A DNA stretch of 61,983 nt, the filler included, from Collodictyon triciliatum (lineage: Eukaryota), in assembly GCA_043381765.1 (NCBI GenBank). It is 9 parts of 9 records of this genome, joined end to end, with 100 filler letters (N's around TTAATTAATTAA, not from the genome) between each part and the next. Parts side by side here need not be neighbours in the genome. Positions count along the whole stretch, not along the records: positions 30,175 to 37,615 come from JBHJMP010003897.1; positions 37,716 to 45,151 come from JBHJMP010003898.1; 7 more parts are not named here. The stretch is one strand, 5' to 3'. The position numbers and the translations under genes were made by a program. Each line of letters starts with the position of its first letter. Positions within the stretch are counted from its first letter, which is position 1. Under the pieces are notes generated by a model. The model saw only the letters and a list, made by a program, of their open reading frames with translations. It did no database searches and had not been told where the DNA came from. This document shows positions 30,340-42,800 of this stretch, piece after piece.

Positions 30340-33300
30340 ATAGTATTCATTCGAGAAAATGTATTGCACATGACCAGAAATTTTATCAAGAAGTTCATAA
30401 GGTATATCTTTCAGGGAAGCCATCTCTCTGTATTGCGAAAGACTCAAATCCAAAGAAACGGATGATTGTATCGCAATGGTGTTGTCAATTTTTTTTGCCA
30501 GATCAAATATCGAGATAAGCAAGTTGTTCTGGTCATACCTTTTTGTTATACTGATTGCCCTAGAGAATGATACTAATTCCAATGTTCCAAGACAAAACAA
30601 CCGAGCCATGTCTAAATTACCCTCATTTAAATATATTCTTGCACGGTTATTGACAAACAAAAATAAAGCATTGGATAGCGAATCTTGAGTACTGAAATAA
30701 AGTGGATCAACCTTGATAGTGAAATTATGCACTCGATCGCCATTCTCAGAATCAATCACGTGAACATAAGCATGAACATCTACTTTCTGTTTTGAGGGAG
30801 TAACTACACCGTCGGTTATTTTGAACATTTTTCTGGTAAGCACAAAGTTGCAGTCAGATTGCAGTTGTGGGTTTGTTATTGGAGTCATTTCATTATTGGT
30901 AGGATTGTAGTAACCGAAGGCATATAATAAAGGGGAGTATCCTTCAGGTGAAATCCAATCTGTTGCAGATATGTATGTAATTTCCATTTCTGAAGAGCCT
31001 GGAGATACAAAAGCGAATCCCTTTGAAGGTAAACTGCTAGTCAAAAAATTCCAAGCTGAGAACCCATATACCTTCGTGACCAAGTCTTTGCAACTAAAAA
31101 TGATCTTATATGGTGTAGCTTCTAATAGGGAATTCGCAGGAAGATAATATATCTTTCTCGTTTGTCGTCCAATGTCACACAATTCCTTAAACTTGAAAGT
31201 TTCCTCTAACTTCCATGAACAAGAAATGTCATTCAATTTTGTCGAATGGAAATGTCCCCCGATAATTGTATCAATAGTGACTATAGGCTTTCTTTGATAA
31301 TTTTGAAGTATACTCAAAGATGTTGGCGGGACATATCCCTCGACTATAGTAATCATCTGTGAGCTTGAAGCTCCCACAGATTTTGCAACGTCAATTATTT
31401 TGAGTGTGATTTCATAAATACCAGGGCTAAAAATCGTTTGATTTGTTTGGGGAATAATCAATATAGGGTTCACATGACTCGTAGCCCAGAAATTCGAAAT
31501 AACGGAACAATTCTTTCCGACGTAGTTCACATCGATTGAAACCAAAATTTTGCAGGACCATAGATATGAGAAATCAGAATTTGGTCTGCCTGGGTCATCC
31601 ATATCCCCAGACTCAGAAGCATTAAAAGCTATCTTATTCATAGTTCCATAGATGGTAGAAGTTCCACCTGAGATCACAGCTTGAATGCCTCGGGATTGGA
31701 CCGAAACTTCAATCTCTGAATTAGAGCATTCATGTCTACTTTCGGTCAATCCAGTGCAAACAAAAAACTGAAACCTGTATATTTGGCCGGGTTTCATAAG
31801 CTTTGCTGGCAATATTAAGATTTTTTGTCCGAGAATATTTTCTGGGAGGTTAAGGTCGGATCCAAAGCCTTGCCTCCAGAAAAACCACACCTTTTGATCC
31901 CATAGACAGGGAGGTATTTCATATTCTCCAAATAATTGGAGCTTTCGATGAGGTGAAGTAACAACTGTTGCTCCGTTTGTAATCCAAGATGTAGGAATGG
32001 AAGTATTCGTGACTTTAAATTGTAATTTTGAAATATATGTGCTTCCAATCCAGTTCTTTAACTTCAACTCCAAAACAAAAGTTGTACTCATCGGAAGCAA
32101 AGCACTATCTATTTTGAAATTAGGTGTGTTACTGGTCACATATTTTTGTTGGGGATCTATGTAAGGACGGAGCACAGGACCCTCATTAGATGTTTTCAGA
32201 GTCCACTCATATGAAAATGGACATGATGCCGATCCAATAACAGAATAAGGTGAAAATGAAGCAACTGAGCAATTTCCTACGATCGATGGTCCAATCAAAT
32301 TGAAACGGATAGATGGTAGAGGTCGTAAAGTGGACTTGATGAGGAGACTTTGATGCACTTGTTTGATACAATCATGATTTTTATCCAACCCGATGACGGA
32401 TTTACCAAGGGGTGAAATTCTCAGGTAATCGTCAACAGGTACGTATGAGTTGCACGTCAAGTGTAGAACCAAGATATGATAATCTACATACGAACACCTT
32501 GAAACATCGATATTGTCAAAAAAATTCACACATGTCCTAAAAATATCCAAATTTGAGTCGCCTTCGTAAATTAGGCTGATATTTATCAACTTTAGCTTCC
32601 AATCAAAAACGACGCCTTGAAAGGGGACTGTAATGGCGCATGAATTTTTTGCTGGAGTAAAGACGTGACTTCTTGTGAAAGATGTACTTGGTGTTGGGTT
32701 ATCATGTATTGAGGGCGTAGTATTGTCCACTCGTTCTAGTTGAGACATAGATGCCTGCTGAGTTCCATGTTCTGTTCGATAAATAACCAATTAATATTTT
32801 TTCTTCCAGATTAGATCACAAGGGTCGTGACTTTATTGTATTTAAAAACAAAAACAAAAACAAAAACAAGAACAAGAACAAAATGACATAAACTGCAGAT
32901 AGTAAAACTAAATATTTTTCTTTCTCTAAGTGATGGAATGAGCCATATAGTATAAAAATAATTGCAGAATGTAATAGATTTAGTTTGTACGAACCGATGG
33001 CAGAGCTGGCAAGTTTCTTTGTTTTTGTAGGGTCATTAGATGGGGATGTATATTGATAACCTCCCTGCGATTGAATAATTTCAGAGTATGGTGATTCCTT
33101 TGACTGACGTGTTTGAAAGAGTTTACTATTAGATTCTTCAAACGATGGATCATGTAGTTTGGAAGTAAATGTAGAGACAGCATGTGAATATGGACTGACG
33201 GTACTTTTGGGATAGGTAATCGAGGTTGTGTAAAGGATATTGATTGTCATAAAAGAGACGAAACGACCGTCAATTCCTTGGTAAAGGGTCAACTCTCTAT

Positions 33301-36300
33301 CGTTACCAGTGTTTCCAAACGCATCAAATGTTACTAATTGTACAGAAAATCCAATTTTTTCGGGGTTCACTGATTCTCCTTGTATACTATATGTCCCGTT
33401 CATCAAGTCTTGGCATTCTATAGAAAGTCCTCCATCAATAATTTTCTTATTCTTACCTTTGGTAACATCCATATTCTTGTTGAATTCAGTAATAATTACA
33501 CCAATGAACTTTGTTTGAGATGTGGAATAGCTCATGTCAGCGTTTTGCGAATGAATATTTATTTGTAGTGGTTGGCTAGGGTTCAACGGCATCGCCACAT
33601 CGACACTGAAGAATCGCCATTTGTTTGCGAGTACTCGAATAAGATAAACAGCGTCTTGTATTTGAACAAGATTGTTTCTGTCTGCATCCATTTTTTGTAA
33701 CTGGAAATCAGCTATTGGGGATACAACCAACCCAGCGAGATATTTCAAGGTAAATTGGACATCGCCAACAGAAAATTCGCAGTCCCCATCTGCATTACCC
33801 ATGATATTCGATGGAGTGCATGAAAGAGTACTGGCCCTATTGGACACCGCCTTTTCTAAATTTACGTAAGAGGCACTCTTGTCAACCCCGTACGATAAAC
33901 TGCCTTTTGAACTGTTTAGATTGCCGCACTTGATCCAAACAGACCCTGAAACAAATTTTCTTGTCTGACCGGGACCCAAAGGTGCACCAATGGGAGTGGC
34001 AGATATATCGTTGGAAAGGAGTTTAGCGATATACCCCGTCACATGGTGTATGCCATCTTGATGGCATTGAATAGAAAAAGACAAAATATCAAGTATTCCA
34101 CTAGAAGATGCAGAGGGACTCGTAGCTCCCACTATTCGTATAAGCCCTGGAGGGTCATTTAGAGTAACTTCTAATTGACCTCCCGGCCAGTGCGGGCCCA
34201 CGGTGTATGTAGACACTCGAATTTTGTCCTGGTCATAAACCAAGCTGATGTCTAAGCTCCCAAGGGCTACTGATCCAGTGTTTATACGTACAGGCACACC
34301 TAGATTTGATCCAACGGCCATATCGCCAAGCGGAGGGCCAACTGTGCTTCCGATGTCTACATCACCAACATCTGGACTAAGATTTGCAAACGTTTTTGAC
34401 GTACCTTGAATTCCATAACATGTAGATGCGGATAGGTGAACAAAATATTTAGAATTTCCTTTTATTGTAGCTTTTCCCACATCGTCTATTACGATAGAAT
34501 TAGGGTCATCGCTTGAATAGGTAAATAGATTGCTGATTAAATGACTCGTCGGATGAATGGTGTCATCTTCAAAAACAGCTTTGGAGAGAAGATTGTTGAT
34601 TGATGAATCCAAAGTAGACGAGTAAGTAGGCGGAAATGAAGTGATTACAGTTGTGCATTTGACAGTCTCATTCAGAATTTGTATATTTACTTGGGAATTT
34701 TCTGAAAAGTAAGAGGCAACCACTATTATGTATCCAAACTCAAGTCCACTCGGTATTACGACTCCTTGATCACTTATTTGTGCAATATTTGTAAAATTGC
34801 TTTTGATTGAAAATACGGCTTGTGCCTTTGAACTAATATCCAGAACTCTTTGGTCAGAAAGAATCATAAACAAAGAAATCACCGTACGTTGATAGACTTC
34901 TGTGCACTTGTATCGCTTGAGTTGAGTAAGTGACCTCCTGTAAGAGCCCGGGTATGAAGGATAGGGAGTAGACGTTATATTTAAAGATAAAAACCCAATT
35001 ACTTGGACATGCAGTATCCCCTGGACCTCAGGAGCGTTTGAGGTAGTTACACGAATAGCTGCGTCCCCAAACCCATTTCCAGTAGCTGTAACATAAACAC
35101 TTTTTTCATCTTCTGATTTTTGCACCATAATCAAATTATGTGGATCCTCACCAAAATCATCATATTGAGTTCGTAAATCAAGGGTGTAGTCAATTTGTTT
35201 TCCATTCTCAAAGACGCATAAAACATTAAGTGTTCCTCGTGATGCAGTCTCAACAGTTGTTGCGAGGTCATGTATATATGCAATTTTGGAGTGACTACTT
35301 GTAACGATAATTTGAATTATTTTCGGCAACCGAATTGAGACGACCCCTAGGCCTGTCCCGAGTAATTTTCCACAGGAACTCCACGTAGCATTGATAAATT
35401 TACCACACCCACGTGAATTTACAATGACCCTTGGTGGTGATTTATCTACAGAAATTGCAGTACTTAATGAAACTATCATCAATCCTTCCTTTTCACTAAT
35501 ATCTCTCTGCATGCCATCTGAAAAACGGACATATGTCTTGATGTATCCTTCTCTACCCTCAAAATCCAAATTCTGTTCAATTTTTGTTGTCAGCTCCCAA
35601 GCGCGCATAGGCCCCAAGAAATCATTTACTGCCATCAAACTGGTTTTTATATCTGTAAATACCACTGGTTGCACAAATTCTACCAAGACCAAATCATCGC
35701 TGACAGTGATTTCGACGCTATTAGATGGGTAGCCATCTAGTTTAAGTAATGCTTTACCTGAAGTAAGACCCTGAATAATGTTACCGGTGACTTGTGCTAT
35801 ACTTGTGTTGGATACATATAGTATACTATATTTTGATATATCAGCAACAAAGTTTTCTTCACCATTGAAAAAAAAGACACTAATGCTCACTGGGCTTGAT
35901 TGATACTGCGGGTGCATACAATCGTGTGATTTGAAGTCCTTGATTTTGTTCAGTATAGTATCTTCCACTGAAAGAGCGGCTGGACCTCTCGGTTGCCATA
36001 TATGCGCAACGGTAGATGCATTTTGGTAATTAACGCGCAATAAATGCGTCAGTTTTTTCTCTTCACCTGAAAGAATGACAATACATCCATACATTAATTT
36101 GACGTCTGCGTTTGTGCTAGAACACATAGATTGTCGAGTGATATCAGCTGGCTTTTGGAATTCGTAAAATTCATAAACTATAAAGGGGATGGTAATGTCT
36201 TGTTTGGTGAGGACAGCAATATTGTTTACATGGAGTGTTTGAGGTCGAATAAAATGCCCTCTAACACTATCTTGGCCAACAAAAATATAGCCAATACTGC

Positions 36301-37615
36301 TAGATTGGATCAAATCTTGTACCACTCCATCTGAATTATCAGCCACTATCGGAATATTTCGCACATCAGTCATTTGCCTTATGATCATTTTTACAGGTCC
36401 TTTCATAGTTTCTGACGTATCCTTGATTTTCCATGATATAGTCGCAACACTAACAGTCCCTGAGACAGAAACATCGCTAATACCATTCTGTCTGGTCCAG
36501 ACAATAGATGCGCTGGAGCTTTGAATGTTAGTAGCCCCAGAAAACTTACCATCTCCAGAGATACTGGTAATGGACGCCACATTTTCGGGGAACTTTATCA
36601 ACAAATTAATTCCTTCTAAAAGTTTACCACTGGTGAATGCTGTAAGAGTTGATGTGAACGTATGAAGGGGAAGACAAGGTTGTTGGGGTAGTTGGAGTAT
36701 CATCCCAAATTTTGGTGGCTCGGGATAAATTGGGATGGATATTAGAGTAGTTACTGTTAAAGATATTGTCCTATCCGTAAATGTCAATTGTGGTGTTAGC
36801 GTTGTGTTTCTTGTAGAGAACAATTCTGCAGGAATCTTAATCATCGCAATACATGGTAAAGCGCCGTCGTAAATGCAATTTGCAACCAAAGAAGGGTACT
36901 CCAAAATCCAGAAAATAATACTACCTCCTTGATTGTTGGTCTCTCCTTTGGGACCAATTAACCAGGCTCGAACAATAATAAAAGGAGACGGATGATATAT
37001 TAGCGTAGAGATTGTAAGTCCTTGGGGTTCAACAGGTCGAATTTTTACAAAAGGTATTAATCTGGGTGCGGAACTGACCTCCCCAAGACTCACAGTTATT
37101 TGAGATTCTGGATAAGAATCAACTATCCCTGCGAGATTTTGTTTATAGAGTCCTTGCTCGTTAACTTCAATTTTATCATAAATGAAACCGGATGATATCG
37201 GTAAAATATTGAATTGCAATTGATGGTCCAGTTCCGGTGAGGCACAAATATTACAGACGTTCAAAACTTCACCAATCGGACAAACGGTAGCATTTGAGGC
37301 ATGGCGGTGTGTTGGTTGAGGTGAGAGGTTTGAATTAGAAAAAAACATTTGAGAGTGAGAATAAGGGTAGCCTTGAGATTGAGATTGAGATTGATATTGG
37401 GAAAGAGATTGTGATTGTGATTGAGATTGAGATTGATATTGGGATTGTGATTGTGATTGTGATTGTGATTGGGATTGGGATTGGGATTGAGACTGGGATA
37501 GAGATTGAGACTGGGACTGAGACTGAGACTGAGACTGAGACTGAGACTGAGACTGAGACTGAGACTGAGACTGAGACTGAGACTGAGACTGAGACTGAGA
37601 CTGAGACTGAGACTG
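30340..37615 (-). CDS. Fragment of a giant extracellular protein: (SQ)n linker, TMEM132-like cohesin + Ig-like domains, further Ig-like repeats, second cohesin, dockerin, S/T linker, REJ (polycystin-1-like) region; open at both ends
   Basis: Two long ORFs (37348-32816 and 32790-30334) can be joined by a phase-1 GT-AG intron at 32994-32772. TMEM132-like motifs: HIWQPRGPAALSVEDTILNKIK, C..QYQSSPVSISVFF, LDFEGREGYIKTYVRFSDG. Cohesin VPVRINTGSVALGSLDISLVYDQDKIRV (~34315-33960). Dockerin GNADGDCEFSVGD...MDADRNNLVQIQDAVYLIRVL (~33800-33620). REJ-like AVISGG...NASESGDMDDPG...FSYLWSC. A further GTTAG donor lies near 30338. Confidence 0.82.
37375..37615 (-). repeat. Coding (CAR-TCN)n hexamer repeat encoding (Gln-Ser)n
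   Basis: In frame with the 37348 ORF with no stops. Variation is mostly synonymous (caa/cag; tct/tcc/tca). Confidence 0.7.
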
Positions 37616-37715
37616 NNNNNNNNNNNNNNNNNNNNNNNNNNNNNNNNNNNNNNNNNNNNTTAATTAATTAANNNNNNNNNNNNNNNNNNNNNNNNNNNNN
37701 NNNNNNNNNNNNNNN

Positions 37716-37834
37716 CATACATACATACATACATACATACATACATACATACATACATACATACATACATACATACATACATACATACATACATACATAC
37801 ATACATACATACATACATACATACATACATACAT
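37716..37834. repeat. (CATA)n microsatellite at contig start
   Basis: Seen directly. Confidence 0.95.
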
Positions 37835-37893
37835 AAGCTTCGCTTAACTTTCAGTACAAAAAAAGAGATTAACAAAATAATAAATTATTTCAG

Positions 37894-38477
37894 CCTCGCG
37901 TCCAAAGGATGCCTTTACACGGTCGTTCGACATCCAACCAGCGACATACACGTCTTTGTCACACACTTGCAGGCAGGCTACAAGAGACATCGCGACGTCG
38001 CAACATCTCAACTATCCGAATTAACAGCATTCATCCGGGCAAAGACTGCTCATTCCCGCAACCCGATTCTATTACTCGGCGACTTCAACATCGACGCCCG
38101 AAATCCCCAAGAAAAAATCGACATTGATTTGTTTTGCGAAGGTGCAGGCCTTTGTGATTCTCTCGTGTGGAAGTCAGGTGATGCGCGGCCTTCCACATCG
38201 CTGAACAAGGACCGCTGCTCACTGGATTACATTTTCTTCCGAGCGGAACTTTCCGACATGAGTCCTGCGCGCTCTGCAATTCATCCACACTGGTGCAACG
38301 AAGGACTCTATTACATGGGTGCACTTTCAGACCATTCTTTGGTGGAGACCACGTTTCAGCTGCATCAGGCAAAAAAGACACCGGTGTTGCGTCTGGATTC
38401 TGTTCGCGCTTCAGAATCAATCACACTACCAAGTCAGAGCGCCGCACAGAGACTGGAGGCTGATTCGGCAGAGGCAG
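37894..38477 (+). CDS. Endonuclease/exonuclease/phosphatase (EEP) family, neutral sphingomyelinase-like; internal or last exon only
   Basis: After the TTTCAG acceptor: LASKGCLYT...HVFVTHLQAG...QLSELTAFI...ILLLGDFNID...LDYIF...LSDHSLVETTF. These are the canonical EEP motifs. The exon runs into an N gap. Confidence 0.85.
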
Positions 38478-38930
38478 NNNNNNNNNNNNNNNNNNNNNNN
38501 NNNNNNNNNNNNNNNNNNNNNNNNNNNNNNNNNNNNNNNNNNNNNNNNNNNNNNNNNNNNNNNNNNNNNNNNNNNNNNNNNNNNNNNNNNNNNNNNNNNN
38601 NNNNNNNNNNNNNNNNNNNNNNNNNNNNNNNNNNNNNNNNNNNNNNNNNNNNNNNNNNNNNNNNNNNNNNNNNNNNNNNNNNNNNNNNNNNNNNNNNNNN
38701 NNNNNNNNNNNNNNNNNNNNNNNNNNNNNNNNNNNNNNNNNNNNNNNNNNNNNNNNNNNNNNNNNNNNNNNNNNNNNNNNNNNNNNNNNNNNNNNNNNNN
38801 NNNNNNNNNNNNNNNNNNNNNNNNNNNNNNNNNNNNNNNNNNNNNNNNNNNNNNNNNNNNNNNNNNNNNNNNNNNNNNNNNNNNNNNNNNNNNNNNNNNN
38901 NNNNNNNNNNNNNNNNNNNNNNNNNNNNNN
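38478..38930. other. Intra-scaffold assembly gap (~453 N)
   Basis: N run without the TTAATTAATTAA core. Confidence 0.95.
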
Positions 38931-38978
38931 TTGTGAGTTCAATCTCCTATCAAGTCTCTTTCTACATCGGCTGTGAAA

Positions 38979-39786
38979 CTAAACTACTCGAAAGATCGAT
39001 TCATGGCTTTCCATCGGGGAAAAGCCGATGTCGAGGGCGTTGACCCGGACAACGTCAGCCGGAGGTGTTGCCATCAGTCGCTGAAGAATATTCCTTCGAT
39101 ACTGGTATGAATATGCAGATAAGAGACCAAACAAAGAGGTTAATCATCAACCCTTCATACCAATATCTAACGCTATGTTTCCTGCATTGGTGGGTATGGG
39201 AATAATAGAATTAATGGATCAGTTACATCGACGCATTTCTTATTTCCATCAAGAGGAGGTAATCCTGGAACTTCCAAGATGGCCCAGAAAATGAGAATCA
39301 GCGAAGTGGATTCAGATTTTACGAACTCGATATTGCCCTGTTTTTTCCCCCAAGTAATATTCAATATGATGATGGTCAGACAGAGATATTGTTCTTCCTA
39401 TAATATCTATCATATTATAGAGAGAGAAAAAAAACCATTACTCACCTTTTCTGTTCTCCTAAAAGACTTAACTTTGATTTCCCACATTTGTTTAAAGGCC
39501 TCCAACAGATCCTATAATTTTTGGTTCGCATATTATAATATGACCGTGCAAACAAAAAAACAAAACATTTTTCGTACGCTTCATAGCTGTGATGCCTACC
39601 CATTGGTCAAATAAAAGCAGAAAATGCTCGATTTCTGGGTGGTTGTAAACAGCAAGGTCGAAGGCCGTGTCTGGTGACCTTGGGTTTTTGAACAGAATAA
39701 CAAAGAAAAAAATAAATTCGAGTGATTGAAGGGACAGAGTTTTTCTGACAAGTAATTTATAAAATGAGAAAACTGGAAGATTCCTA

Positions 39787-39885
<99 letters not shown>

Positions 39886-42800
39886 GATAATGATAATGAT
39901 TATGATAATGATAATGATGATTAACCTCAAGAGAATATCAGACAGAATATTTCGATACAGATTTACAATTGGAATATTGGATGTCGCTGTCACTATGTTA
40001 TCAGGAAGCAAACTGAAGATAACAAAGGAAAAAAATTATTCTATTTTTTTAAACCAAGGAATGAAGAGAAAGCTTCATATGATTTTTTTTTTTTTGGAGA
40101 ATGACAGGAATGAGTAGGTTGCAGCAATCGAATCAATAAAGACTAATTTAAATAAAAAATAGAGCAAATAGATTAAATACATGATGTGTGATGCCGTGTG
40201 CATTTCAAAGAGGACAGACCTAATAGCATGAATTTCAGCGCGATTGAGCTTCGATATTCTTATTTCTAGTGTCGGGTGCTCGTCTTTTCTCTTAAATAGC
40301 ATCCACTGCCGGGCATTTTTCGCTTCATAAGAAGGAAGAGGTTGAAGGTAATGCAACATTGAGAACACAAGCTCCGAGTGAGTATCAATTCAGTGAATCC
40401 AACTGACTCTCTTTACTCATATAAAATGAAATGAAATGGTATTCAACTCAAACCTGGAATGGGTGTTGTCGGGTCAAGGGGGACGTTGTAATCGAAAAAG
40501 GTTCCTCCGTGCAGGTCTATCGTGTAGTTCTTGTTGAAGTCAATCATTTTCCTAAAAGCCGCATAATAATCGTGGGCAGTTGCGAAGAAGAAAAAGAAGA
40601 AAACATTTTTATGAAATTCTAAAATTTTAGAGAAAATTACTTCCAATTGTTTTTCTAGATGACATAGGACATTTACCCTTGGCTTGAGTAGAGAGGGAGA
40701 ATAGCCCAGCCACACGAAAGGTCCATGATTTCTCCTTTGTCAATAGTCGGAGTTTTGAGATGACTCATGCCTATGAGATGAAGGATTGCAAACGGATGAC
40801 GATAAAGTATAGCTTTTTTGTATGATAATTCGACACTCGCAAACATAAGCATACCTTTCAAAGATCAACCGAAAAGAAATATATAATGTCGATATTGACT
40901 GGGGAATGAAAAGAAAAATCAACCTTTGGAAGATGTTTGCTTCTTCCTGGATAATTGATTGATTTTGTTAAGTGTTTTGTAGTATTTCTTTTGAAATCAC
41001 AGTTATTTATAGTGAACGCATGATTCAGCAAAAATCGGGCAATAAAAGTATTTTTGGAGCATTTATGCGGATATGATGTATATTTCATCATCATCTGTCT
41101 GATTATTATTTTTGATATTTTTCAATTACTCTGCCCTCTGAACACGGACGCAAAGCTCGAACAAGAGACATGCGGATGTGACAATGCCCGTCGAGCGTAC
41201 AAGAAATGCGCCCTCTGGTCCATGGTTTACGTCACACTAAAAGAATATGAACTATCTGATTCATAATATTTTCTTAAATATGGTCAATATGAGAGGTTTT
41301 TTTTTCTGTTTTTTTTTTAAAAAAAAGAGTGGAAGAAAAAAAAAGAACACAATGAAAAAGAATAAAGAAAAGAGAGAACGACCGAAGGCAGAGTGGTAAA
41401 CAAGGAAGCTCTGGCAAAGTATTATGGCATTTGTGGAATCTAACCACTCATGTGATTGCGAATAGTCCAGTGGATAAGCTTGTCTATTACCTTCTTGTGA
41501 AATCTCCACAAAAGTGGTGAGTTCTTTGACCATACAGCAGGAATCGTATGGATATTCCCCAGGATGTTTTTCCCAGTGTTAATAGGTGCCAAGTGATTGA
41601 CAGATGCAGGATCAAATAGCGTTGCGTGAACAAAGCGCGCAACGATGTTAGAGTCGGAACCTTCATTAGATTTTTTTTTGGATAAGAGAAAAAAAGGAAA
41701 AAGAAAAAAGAAAAAGATAAAGAAAAAAGAAAAAGAAAAAGAAAAAAGAAAAAAAGAGAGTAAAAGAAAAATGTAAAATAAGATACATGCTGGGATTTAT
41801 TCACAAATGGATTTCAGAGATAACATAATATTCGATGTTCGTTTTTTCATCTGTAACATGCAATATATACCTGGCATCGGAACCTTTCTGGCCTCCAATA
41901 AAGAAACTGTAAATGCTTGGGGCTCGTAGGAAGGTTGGAGCTAGAAAGATGATACGAATGAGTAATTAATGAGTTGGGTATGAGTTTGGAAAGTGGTTTT
42001 GGAATGACAATGGTTTCAAGTGAGTTGCATTTATTGACATTGATTTATATGTTTAAGTAATATATTAGTACTAATTGATATGCACTTGAAAGGTTGAAGA
42101 ATTTTGTTTTGAAAAGAAACTAACAAGTCCAAATTTATCCACCGTGAGGTCAGAAAAGCGTAATCCATCGGTCGATAACACAGGTCTTAACGAGCCAGAC
42201 GGTAGATATTTTTCTATTATAGTTCAAAATAATTCGTGAAGGAAAAAAATGAGAGGGATACTTCAATTGAGACAGCCTATAATAATTAAAAAAAAAAAGA
42301 AGGAAAATCGCCCCTTCAATTAATTTCCATCTCTTCTCATGAGGGTCAACTAACGAGAATACTTACTAAATCTTGTTTGGTATGAACGCATTAGTGATGG
42401 CCTGAAGCTAATAGGAATAACACCAAACGATTTCAAGTAATCTACCAGTTAATTGGATAGATTAAAAACAAATCAGACATGCACATATATTCCTGTTTCG
42501 TAAGAAATTGAATAAAATAAACTTTCAAACTCTGTAATACTCTATCTTTATCTATTTACTAAATAAAGAGAATACTCCATTGACTCTCTCAAGTCTACTA
42601 ACCAAATCGATTTGCATGAAATCCTGATATAAACTTGTCATATGGAGAAAGCCCGTCTTGGTCACGTTCTGGGTGGGGGTGATCACTTAACAAAGCCATA
42701 ATAAAAATAACATATATTTGGAGTGCTATGAGGAATAGATATTGTTTTTATTTTAAAAAAAAATAAAATAAAAAGAGATGAAAGGGGAATAAATGGCTCG

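Noticed and set aside
37894-38477. EEP domain as the endonuclease of the LINE family
   Set aside because: It follows a splice acceptor and carries sphingomyelinase-type LASKG and THLQA motifs. No RT is visible.
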